This document shows positions 39,850 to 48,735 of a DNA stretch of 64,000 bases, piece by piece. The position numbers and the translations under genes are program-made. Origin of the DNA: Parcubacteria group bacterium. Lineage in GTDB: Bacteria; Patescibacteriota; Minisyncoccia; JACPHC01. Where the stretch lies: assembly GCA_016188775.1 (NCBI GenBank), contig JACPHC010000006.1, positions 618-64,617 of the forward strand. The letters are read 5' to 3'. Positions within the stretch are counted from its first letter, which is position 1. Every line of letters begins with the position of its first letter. A model generated the notes under the pieces. It was not told the DNA's origin and made no database searches. It worked only from the letters and a program-made list of their open reading frames with translations.

Positions 39850-40104
39850 ATGATTCTTTTAGAAGAAGTGGTGGCGCCGGGCTGCCACATTTGCAAAGAA
39901 TTTGAAAAATTTTGGGAAACGATCAAGGGAGATTTTCCCAATGTTGAGTTTAAAAAAATTGACGTTACCGCGCCTGAAGGAATGGCCATAGCCCAAAAAT
40001 ATATGATTTTCGCTTCCCCGGGAATTATTATCAATAATGAACTTTTTTCCACCGGCGGGTTTGACAAAGAAAAAATCGTGAAAAAATTGAAAGAGCTGTC
40101 GTAA
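39850..40104 (+). CDS. Small thioredoxin/glutaredoxin-like protein
   Basis: PGCHIC (CxxC), cis-Pro motif ASPG. Confidence 0.9.
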   Translation: MILLEEVVAPGCHICKEFEKFWETIKGDFPNVEFKKIDVTAPEGMAIAQKYMIFASPGIIINNELFSTGGFDKEKIVKKLKELS

Positions 40105-40124
40105 GAATTGTTATCATTTTAAAT

Positions 40125-40562
40125 ATGTTTACCTTTTCCGAAAATTCAAAAAAATACGCCCCGCTTATTTTAAGAATGGGATTGGCTATTGTTTTTTTGC
40201 TTTTTGGCTACCACAAATTGGTTCAGCCCGGACAAGCGCAGGCCGAAGTTCAGCTTTTGCTTGATATTGGACTCGGAACGGCCGCGGCTTTGAATTATTA
40301 TCTTGGCATTATGGAGATTCTTATTGGTCTTTCGCTGCTTTTGGGCTGGCAGATTAAATATTTCGCGCCAGTCTCGGGGTTTTTAGTGATAATCATTTTT
40401 GGCTCAATTTTATGGAAATATGGCTTTACTCTTAGTCCGGAGCGCGTTGATCCGACGCTTTTTCGGGACGCGGGATTGATTGGCGCCTGTTTTGCTTTAT
40501 GGATTTTGGGAGCCGGAGCTTGGAGTATAGATGAATGGCTAGAGGAAAGAAAAAAGCGCTAG
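40125..40562 (+). CDS. DoxX family membrane protein
   Basis: LILRMGLAIVFLLFGYHK, GAGAWSID. Confidence 0.9.
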   Translation: MFTFSENSKKYAPLILRMGLAIVFLLFGYHKLVQPGQAQAEVQLLLDIGLGTAAALNYYLGIMEILIGLSLLLGWQIKYFAPVSGFLVIIIFGSILWKYGFTLSPERVDPTLFRDAGLIGACFALWILGAGAWSIDEWLEERKKR

Positions 40563-40565
40563 ATA

Positions 40566-40967
40566 TTATTCCGTGACGATGAATTCGCCGGTTTGTTGGT
40601 AATGACCTTGGCCGCAGGGAACCGAGCAGTAAAAATTAAAAGTTCCGATTTTGGAAGCGATAAAATCAATTGTCGTTTCCCTTTTAGGAAAAAGACGTTT
40701 GTTGATGCCAAAAGTTTCCATGGCAAAGCCGTGATCGTAAGCGTCTTCGTTGAAAATTTTTAAAATCACCCGGTCGCCGATTTTAGCTTGAATGACGCGA
40801 GGATCCCATTTCCATTGATTTTCTAAAACCCTCATTTTGATTTCCAGAATTTTGCCCGAAGCCTGAACCGGCGCTATTTCCGGCGGCCGATAATATTTTT
40901 GATAAATTACGCCGGTGACGATTAAAAATCCGGCAAAAAGAAGTATTGTGACAAATTTATTTTGCAT
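40566..40967 (-). CDS. Cupredoxin with CuA-like motif
   Basis: DHGF ... FYCSVPCGQGH; N-terminal TM. Confidence 0.88.
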   Translation of the reverse strand: MQNKFVTILLFAGFLIVTGVIYQKYYRPPEIAPVQASGKILEIKMRVLENQWKWDPRVIQAKIGDRVILKIFNEDAYDHGFAMETFGINKRLFPKRETTIDFIASKIGTFNFYCSVPCGQGHYQQTGEFIVTE

Positions 40968-41005
40968 AATTATACATAATAATCCGAATATTATTTACAT
41001 TATTT

Positions 41006-41154
41006 AAAGAAATGGATACCTATTCGCGGAACCGCTGTCGGCTCGCTCCTGCGGCTCGCCGCAGCTTAACTCTCGGCGTCAAAACTTTTGCTTCGCAAAA
41101 GACCAATCTTTTGACGCCTCCGAGATATTCCGCTTGATAGGCATCCATTTCTTT
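41006..41154. repeat. MITE-like element
   Basis: AAAGAAATGGATACCTAT..GCGGAA ... TTCCGC..GATAGGCATCCATTTCTTT. Confidence 0.72.
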
Positions 41155-41186
41155 GGATTAATTTTTAAAAATTAATTTCTATAAAT

Positions 41187-43616
41187 ATGGAAAACGGTAA
41201 ATTAGAAAGAAAAATTTTTAAAGTCAGGGGCATGCATTGCGCCGCCTGCAAAAATTTGATTGAAAAAATTATTTCCAAACAGCCGGGCGTGAAACAGGCC
41301 GAGGCGAATTTCGGTTCGGAATCGTTGAACATCGCTTACGATCCGACTCAATCGACGCCGGAAAAAATGAACGCGCTTTTATCAAAAGCCGGCTATTCTT
41401 TAATTATAGCAGACGAAGAAGCGAAAAGCGAAGAGCTTTTTGAAAAGGAGCATGAGGCGGAAATTCAAAGCCTGAAAAAACGGACCATTATCAGTTTTAT
41501 TTTAGCCTCGCCGATCATTCTCTATTATATGTATGTTCATATGTTCAATGTCGAACATATCCACGCTTTTTGCTGGGGAGGCGGAGGGCTGATTGAGGGA
41601 TTAAAAACAGGCTGTTTGGGAGGCTCTTTGATTGATCTTAACTGGATTTTCTTTTTGTTGACCACGCCGATTCAGTTGGGCGTGGGCTGGATTTTTTATC
41701 GGAATTCCTGGACCGCCATTCGGGTTGGATCGGCTTCAATGGATGTTTTGGTGGCGCTGGGCACCAGCGCGGCTTACGCGATTTCCGCTGTCGGATTTCT
41801 TTTTTCCGATATTGCTTTTTTGAATCAATATTGGCAGGGATTGGATCATCCGTTTTGGGAGTCGTCAGCCGCTCTTCTTTCTTTTATCATTTTAGGCCGG
41901 TATTTTGAGGCTCGGTCAAAAGGCCAAGTGACTTCGGCGATCAGAAAATTGATGAATTTGGCGCCAAAAACAGCGATTGTCGTCAGGGACGGGAAAGAGA
42001 TTGAAATTCCGATTAAAGATATTCAAATAGGCGATGTGTTTTTAGTAAAACCCGGGGCCAATGTGCCGACCGATGGCGTTATTATGGAAGGCGAGTCGTC
42101 CATTGACGAGAAAGTCGTTACCGGCGAATCAATGCCGGTTGGAAAAAAAGCCGGCGATCAAGTCATCGGCGCGACTAATAACACTTACGGATTTTTGAAA
42201 TGCAGAGCCGTTAAGGTCGGCCAAGACACGCTTCTTTTTCAAATTATTAAAATGGTGCGCGAGGCCCAATCTTCAAAAGCCGAGATTCAGGACGTGGCCG
42301 ATCAAGTTTCGGAAAGATTTGTGCCGATCGCCATTATTATTTCTCTTTTAGCTTTTTCATTTTGGTATTTTGTTATGGGATTGGAAGTAATCCCGTCGCT
42401 TTTATTTATGATCGCGGTTTTAGTGATTTCTTGTCCTTGCGCTTTGGGGCTGGCCACGCCCACGGCTTTAATGGTCGGCACGGCTCGGGGCGCCCAGTTC
42501 GGCATTTTAATCAAAGGAGCGCAGGCCTTAGAAAATTCTTATAAAATTAACGCCGTGGCTTTTGATAAAACCGGAACCTTGACCAAAGGTAAACCGGCGG
42601 TCACCGATGTTATTCCAATTGGCAATATGACGCGCGAAGAAGTTTTAAGAATCGCCGCCATTGCCGAGCGGGGCTCGGAGCATCCATTGGCCAAAACCAT
42701 CGTGGCAGCGGCTGAAAATCCTCCTGAGCCGAAAAAGCTTGTCGCTTTGGGCGGCCGAGGGATAGAAGCGGAATATGAAGGCAAACAGATTTTGGTTGGC
42801 AATGAAGTTTTAATGGATGAGCGCGGCATTAATATTTCGTCTTATCAAAAAGATTATGAAAAACTTCAAGACGAAGCTAAAACCGTTGTTTTCGCGGTTT
42901 ATGACGGTCGGCCGATTGGCATTATCGCTTTGGCCGACACTTTGAAAGATTATGTTAAAGAGGCGATCACTGAACTTAAAAAAATGAAAAAAGAGGTAAT
43001 GATGATCACCGGCGATAATGAAAAAACCGCCAAAGCCATCGCCGCCAGTCTTGGCATTGACGCGTATTTTGCCAAAGTTTTGCCGGAGAAAAAAGAGGAG
43101 CTGATTGCCAATCTTCAGCAAAAAGGGAAAATTGTGGCTATGGTCGGCGACGGTATCAATGACGCGCCGGCTTTGGCTAAAGCCAATCTTGGCATCGCGG
43201 TCGGGTCCGGCACGGATGTGGCGATTGAAACCGGCGATATAATTTTGATTAAAGACGATCTTCGGGACGTGGTGACGGCCATTGATCTTTCCCGCCGAAC
43301 TATTGTAAAAATCTGGCAAAATTTTTTCTGGGCCTTTGTTTACAATATCGTGGCCATTCCGATCGCGGCCGGGTTTCATCTTTTAATAACCCAAACCGCG
43401 GGTCAAGCCTCGCCTTGGGTGGTCGGCTTTGCTCAAACTCTTCATTCTTTCCTGGGGCCGACAGTCTCGCAGATATTTTTAAATCTTTCCCAATCGTCTT
43501 TGAGGCCGGAAATCGCCGGTTTTGCCATGGCCTTTTCATCGGTTTCAGTCGTCACTAATTCGCTTTTATTAAATCGCTACAAAGAGCCGAAATTCGCGAG
43601 AGTGGAAAATAAATAG
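41187..43616 (+). CDS. copA: Copper-translocating P1B-type ATPase
   Basis: GMHCAAC, TGES, CPC, DKTGT, SEHP, GDGIND, YN, MAFSS. Confidence 0.96.
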   Translation: MENGKLERKIFKVRGMHCAACKNLIEKIISKQPGVKQAEANFGSESLNIAYDPTQSTPEKMNALLSKAGYSLIIADEEAKSEELFEKEHEAEIQSLKKRTIISFILASPIILYYMYVHMFNVEHIHAFCWGGGGLIEGLKTGCLGGSLIDLNWIFFLLTTPIQLGVGWIFYRNSWTAIRVGSASMDVLVALGTSAAYAISAVGFLFSDIAFLNQYWQGLDHPFWESSAALLSFIILGRYFEARSKGQVTSAIRKLMNLAPKTAIVVRDGKEIEIPIKDIQIGDVFLVKPGANVPTDGVIMEGESSIDEKVVTGESMPVGKKAGDQVIGATNNTYGFLKCRAVKVGQDTLLFQIIKMVREAQSSKAEIQDVADQVSERFVPIAIIISLLAFSFWYFVMGLEVIPSLLFMIAVLVISCPCALGLATPTALMVGTARGAQFGILIKGAQALENSYKINAVAFDKTGTLTKGKPAVTDVIPIGNMTREEVLRIAAIAERGSEHPLAKTIVAAAENPPEPKKLVALGGRGIEAEYEGKQILVGNEVLMDERGINISSYQKDYEKLQDEAKTVVFAVYDGRPIGIIALADTLKDYVKEAITELKKMKKEVMMITGDNEKTAKAIAASLGIDAYFAKVLPEKKEELIANLQQKGKIVAMVGDGINDAPALAKANLGIAVGSGTDVAIETGDIILIKDDLRDVVTAIDLSRRTIVKIWQNFFWAFVYNIVAIPIAAGFHLLITQTAGQASPWVVGFAQTLHSFLGPTVSQIFLNLSQSSLRPEIAGFAMAFSSVSVVTNSLLLNRYKEPKFARVENK

Positions 43617-43619
43617 CAT

Positions 43620-44732
43620 ATGCTTCATCAACTCTCAGATAAAAAACTTTATCTCGCTAGCGTTTTAGCCACTAGCGTTATCTCCGCCACGGTTTTATTT
43701 TCTCAATCTCCTTCATCTAAACCTTTTCGCAATATCGAAGATTTTATTCTCTTTGGCAAAGAAGGTATTCACTTGGCTGAAGATGTCCAGAGTTTAAGCG
43801 GTAATATTGGTTCAGACAAAATTATAGAAATTCAAGAAAGATCAAAGATAATCGGCCATCTTTTTTCTCAAGAGATTAAATTAGCTGAAAATACGGAAAT
43901 AGATGGCAATATCATCACTCAACAATTAGAACAAACTCCAACAACTAAAATACTTGGCACCACATCAAAAGAAATAACTTTTCCCGTAGCTAAGATTCCA
44001 GATATTCCTGATTTTCAAATAGGCGTCCAAGATATTGAAATAACTCAAAAAGATTTTATTCTCCCAGCCGGATTGTTTCGCGATATCAAAGTCAAAGAAA
44101 ATGCCAGCCTGATTATGGCTGGCATTTATAATTTTCGCTCTCTTCGCGCTGATGACAACAGCGCTATTCTTTTTGATGGTCCAATTACAATCAATATTCA
44201 ATCCTCGTTTAGATTGGGTCAAGGTACCATTGTTACTCCTAAACTTTCTAACCTTTCTGTAAAAGAAATTAAAATCAATTTTACCGGCACTGAAACAATT
44301 CAGATTGGTAATCGTTTTATTTTAGGTTTTCGACTTGTGGCTCCCAATACAAGCGTAGATGTTGGCGAAGAAGCGCTTTGGCGAGGCTCAATTTGGGCAA
44401 GGGAGGTGAGGGTAGGAGAAAATTCTTTGATAAGCAAAGAAGATAGTTTTGAGAAAGAAAGCGATTTAACAAAAGTTATTGAGGATCAAGGATTGAAATT
44501 TATTAGTAATGAAATTTTGATTCTTTTTAAAAACGAAGCAACACAATTTGATATTCAACAAGTTGTTAATTTAATAAACGGTAAAGTAGTTGGATTTATT
44601 CCTAATCCGCTCATTGTTAAAATAGAGGTACCAATTCTTACTATTCAAGACTTAAATGATAAAATTCAACTAATTAAAAATTCAAATAATCCGTTGATTG
44701 TGGAAGTTATACAAAATTTAATTGGTAGATAA
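43620..44732 (+). CDS. Secreted beta-solenoid protein ending in a subtilase propeptide-like domain
   Basis: N-terminal hydrophobic segment; repetitive beta-strand region; C-terminal FISNEILILFK...INGKVVG. Confidence 0.7.
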   Translation: MLHQLSDKKLYLASVLATSVISATVLFSQSPSSKPFRNIEDFILFGKEGIHLAEDVQSLSGNIGSDKIIEIQERSKIIGHLFSQEIKLAENTEIDGNIITQQLEQTPTTKILGTTSKEITFPVAKIPDIPDFQIGVQDIEITQKDFILPAGLFRDIKVKENASLIMAGIYNFRSLRADDNSAILFDGPITINIQSSFRLGQGTIVTPKLSNLSVKEIKINFTGTETIQIGNRFILGFRLVAPNTSVDVGEEALWRGSIWAREVRVGENSLISKEDSFEKESDLTKVIEDQGLKFISNEILILFKNEATQFDIQQVVNLINGKVVGFIPNPLIVKIEVPILTIQDLNDKIQLIKNSNNPLIVEVIQNLIGR

Positions 44733-44736
44733 ATTT

Positions 44737-45033
44737 ATGGAGAAGAAATACCTTTTAATGTCGATTATTATTAATATTTTCTATTGGCTTATTATTTTAT
44801 TTGATATTATTGGAGATAAATACAATATTAGTAATATTTCAACTTTTGTCTCTATTTTTATAGTCTGGATTATATTTGTATTATTTATATTAATACCATT
44901 ACTAATAATTGTTGGTTTCATCTACATTTTTTTTTCTAAAAACAAAAAAATTGTTTTGTTGGGATTATTAATTAATTTAATTACCGTTAGTTTTTTAATT
45001 TTTTCATTATTCACTCTCCAGGTTCGAAGATAA
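44737..45033 (+). CDS. Small three-TM membrane protein
   Basis: Very hydrophobic, very AT-rich, fills the gap between flanking genes. Confidence 0.65.
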   Translation: MEKKYLLMSIIINIFYWLIILFDIIGDKYNISNISTFVSIFIVWIIFVLFILIPLLIIVGFIYIFFSKNKKIVLLGLLINLITVSFLIFSLFTLQVRR

Positions 45034-45037
45034 AAAT

Positions 45038-46558
45038 ATGAAAAGATATTTTCAAAAATTGATATTTCCAATTATTATAATGCAATTATTAACTGCTTAT
45101 CCTATTTTTGCTCAACAATTTATTTTAACAAAAGATTTTTTAAATCTTGAAAAAATCAATCCTAATTTATTCAGTTCTTACAAGAATATAAAAATAAGTG
45201 AAGCGTGGAATATAGTAGAAAGCATAAACCCAATTTTTATTCGGCCAATCAAAATTGGAATTATTGATTCGGGTATTGATGATAAGCATCCAGAATTTCA
45301 TAATGTGAATTTAGGAAATACACCCTTAAGCGCTAAATTTGATCATGATCTACTTGGTCATGGGACTCAAATTTCTGGTATTATCGGCGCGAATAATATT
45401 TCGATAATATCTTCTCAAAATTATATAACTCCACAGATGAATGGTATTGTCAGTGGAATTAAAAATCTAGATTACGTTATCGAACATCGTTATGACGGCG
45501 GTCTTAATCTATTTAAAATTCTATTTAATATTTTTGAATTAGCAGCAATTGAGAATGTAGATGTTATTAATATTAGTTCGGCGGCTAGCCATTCTATATG
45601 TAATGCCATTTTATTAAATTCTGCGGAGGGCATATTTTTTGCAGCCATTGCCCCTTATATTCATACTTTATTTATTACAAGCGCCGGTGAAACCTTGCCT
45701 AACGTTTCTGACGCAGAATGTTTTCTTCCCGGCGCTTTAGGCGGTGGTTTATTATCATTATCCAATGTAATCAATGTTGGCGGTTTAGATTCCACGGTAA
45801 ATAATCGTTGGCCTAATTCGCCGTTTGGTTCAGCGGTTAATATATCTGCTCCGGCAGTTAATGTTTACGCTCCTCGTCCGCCACAAATAAGAGAATTAGA
45901 GGGGCAATATGATCAAAATTTCAGCGGCACCTCTGCTTCCGCTCCTATGGTCGCCGGTGTCGCTGCCATCCTTAAAGCTATTAAACCCGAATTAACTCCG
46001 AGTGAAATTAAAGATATTCTTCAAAAATCTGCCGATCCGATTATTACTGATAAACCTTTAGGCAGTGGCTGTTTTGATCCTAATAATAACCCTCAAGGAT
46101 TTAATGGCTGCAGATTGAACGCTTTAGAGGCGGTTTGTCATTTTAAAGTTTTAAACTGTCTTCGAGCTGGCAGCCCTTTAATTAGAAATTTGCCGTTAGG
46201 CTATATTACCACAGTGGCTGGAAGCGGTGGTTTTGGTCTTAGTTTAGAAGGGTTTAGTGGAGATGGAGGTCCAGCGATTGCCGCTCGTTTTTTTCAGCCA
46301 GTCGCTGTAGTTTTGGATAAATCAGGTAATCTTTTTGTCGCTGATTGGATAAATCATCGAATACGAAAAGTCGATGCTAAAACAGGCATAATTACCACAG
46401 TGGCTGGAAGCGGGAATACCGGTCAAAAAGGCGATAATGGTCCGGCCATAGAAGCGGAATTAGCAGGTCCTTTTGGAGTAGCTATTGATTCAGCGGGTAA
46501 TCTTTTTATTGCGGATACATTCAACCATCGTGTTCGTGCTGTCCGTTTAGTTCCATAA
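45038..46558 (+). CDS. S8 subtilase with C-terminal NHL repeats
   Basis: Triad motifs IIDSG, HGT, GTSASAP; NHL repeats GNLFVADWINHRIRKV and GNLFIADTFNHRVR. Confidence 0.92.
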   Translation: MKRYFQKLIFPIIIMQLLTAYPIFAQQFILTKDFLNLEKINPNLFSSYKNIKISEAWNIVESINPIFIRPIKIGIIDSGIDDKHPEFHNVNLGNTPLSAKFDHDLLGHGTQISGIIGANNISIISSQNYITPQMNGIVSGIKNLDYVIEHRYDGGLNLFKILFNIFELAAIENVDVINISSAASHSICNAILLNSAEGIFFAAIAPYIHTLFITSAGETLPNVSDAECFLPGALGGGLLSLSNVINVGGLDSTVNNRWPNSPFGSAVNISAPAVNVYAPRPPQIRELEGQYDQNFSGTSASAPMVAGVAAILKAIKPELTPSEIKDILQKSADPIITDKPLGSGCFDPNNNPQGFNGCRLNALEAVCHFKVLNCLRAGSPLIRNLPLGYITTVAGSGGFGLSLEGFSGDGGPAIAARFFQPVAVVLDKSGNLFVADWINHRIRKVDAKTGIITTVAGSGNTGQKGDNGPAIEAELAGPFGVAIDSAGNLFIADTFNHRVRAVRLVP

Positions 46559-46560
46559 AT

Positions 46561-48446
46561 ATGAAAATTATATTCAACAATTTTTATTCTCAATCACTTT
46601 TTCGGGCTTTATCGGCTCTAATCATAGCTATTCTTTTTATGCCTTTGGTATTTTTTCTCGGAGCAAGAAATGATCTTTTATTTCCAAAAGCGATTTATTT
46701 TGAAATTTTAGTCGAAGTCGCTTTAGCTGTTTTTATTAGTCTTATTTTAATTGATCGGCGTTTTTTTCCAAAAGCTAGTCATCTTACGGTTACGCTTTTT
46801 ATTTTTTTTATTTTTTTAACCTTATCGGCTATTTTTGGCGTTGATCCTTATCGAAGTTTTTTTGGCGATATTTTTCGGATGGAGGGTTTGATTACTCTTT
46901 ATCATTTTTTTATTTTTTTCTTAATTGTAAGTTCTCTTTTTAAAGTTAAACCCGATTTTATTTGGACATTATTAAAAATATCTTTTGGGGTTGGAATTTT
47001 GGCTGGATTGAGCGCGATAATTGAGCTAATGAGAAGAAAAGTGGAAATCAGCAGCTTTCGGGGCGGAGGATTGATTGGTAATCCAGCAGTTTTAAGCAGT
47101 TATCTTATTTTTATAATTTTTTTTGGAGGAATTTTAGCGTTTAAATCGAGAAATATCGCGGCGCGCTATTTCTTCGTCGTCGGTTCTCTTTTTTTGACCG
47201 CTATTTTATTTTTAACTCAAACTAGAGGCGCTTTCGTCGGATTTATTTCTGGAATAATCGCTACTCTCTTTTTTATTTTTTTATTTGAACCGCGAAAAAA
47301 GTTCGGTTTAATTGCCGGCGGAATTTTAATTGTTTTTTTTCTTGTCGGATTTTTGATTTTTATTAATCCCGATTCATTATTTGTTCAAAAAATTCCTCTA
47401 ATTAATCGCCTGACCAAGATTAATCGGGAGGATCCGACCACTAAAACGCGTCTTTTATCAATTAAAACTTCCTGGAACGCCATTAAAGAAAGGCCAATTT
47501 TGGGTTTTGGCCAAGAGCACTATGATTTTGCATATTTCCGACACTTTAATCTCGGTTTTACTTCTATTAGCGAATATTTTAATTTTGATCGATCGCACAA
47601 TAAACTTTTAGATATTGCGGTCATGAACGGCGTTCCGGCTTTGATTATTTATTTGACGCTTTTCTTCTTTATTTTTAAAATTATTTTTTCCGAGCGGTTC
47701 AAAAAAGAGGAATCGCCGGTTACGAGAAGTTTTTTTTCGGATTACCCATTGCTTATTTTGTTCAAAATTTATTTCTTTTTGACTCTCTGGTTGTTTATTT
47801 AATGTTTTTTTTATTTTTAGCTATTTTGGATAATTTTTATACGCCAAAAGCGGTCTCAAAAATAACCTCGATTAATTTATCTTTCGTCAGTTTTAAAACT
47901 TCCGCTATTTTTATTTTCATTTTTTTAATTATTACCGGCTTATTTATTTACAAATTTCACTGGCAACCTTTTTTAGCTTCTCTGGAAGCAGGCGGAAAAG
48001 CGCAGGGAGTAAAATATGTTAGTAAAGAAATGTTAGATTGGTATAAAAAAGCTTATGAGCGAAACACATATTTAAGCAGTCAAATTGCCGAAGATGTGGC
48101 TCAAAACACGATGAGTTTAGCCGAAGCCGGAATTTATGATGAACAGTTTTTTAAAGAATCCAGTCGAATTATCGAAGAAGCTTTTTTGAAAGAACCAAGC
48201 TATATTCGTTTAGGTATTCGAATTGAGAGAATTTATCTGTTATTATTTAATTACGACAAGAGTTATTTAGATCGAGCAGAAAAAATTTTAAATATTCTTA
48301 TAGCTGAAGCGCCGGCCTTTCCTTATCTTAAAAATGATTTAGGCAGGGTAAAACTCGCTAAAGGCGAAAACAAAGAGGCATTTGAATTTTTTCGCCAGTC
48401 AGCTGAACAGGCGCCGAATATTAATCTGGACTTAAAAATCCAGTGA
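46561..48446 (+). pseudogene. O-antigen ligase family protein with TPR-like tail, frameshifted (ORFs 46561-47802 and 47802-48446)
   Basis: GNPA, TQTRGA, RPILGFG, DRSHN; the expected AYFVQNLFLFD helix is in the frame of the second ORF, just after a T8 tract at 47730-47737. Confidence 0.78.
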
Positions 48447-48461
48447 GGGTATAATTTAAAA

Positions 48462-48677
48462 ATGGTCAAAAAATTATTCACAATCGAAGGGATGCATTGC
48501 GGCGCTTGCGCCGCCGGCATTGAACTGATTCTTTCTAACACCGAAGGAATCAAATCCGTTAAAGCTGATTACGAAGGCAAAAAAGCCGAGGTGGAATACG
48601 ATGAGGCGAAATTGAGCGCGGATGATGTAATCAACGCCATCGCGGACGCCGGCTTTGGAGCGAAAGCCGTATCGTAA
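48462..48677 (+). CDS. copZ: Copper chaperone (HMA domain)
   Basis: IEGMHCGAC, 71 aa. Confidence 0.93.
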   Translation: MVKKLFTIEGMHCGACAAGIELILSNTEGIKSVKADYEGKKAEVEYDEAKLSADDVINAIADAGFGAKAVS

Positions 48678-48735
48678 AAAACTTTTCCAGCCACTCACTA
48701 AACTTATTTGACAGCCGTCTCAATAGCTTAGTAAG

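Noticed and set aside
42810-43379. 189-aa antisense ORF and other short nested ORFs in the track
   Set aside because: Lie within well-supported genes (copA, pilB, polA, uvrB, PBP) on the other strand or frame, with no recognisable motifs
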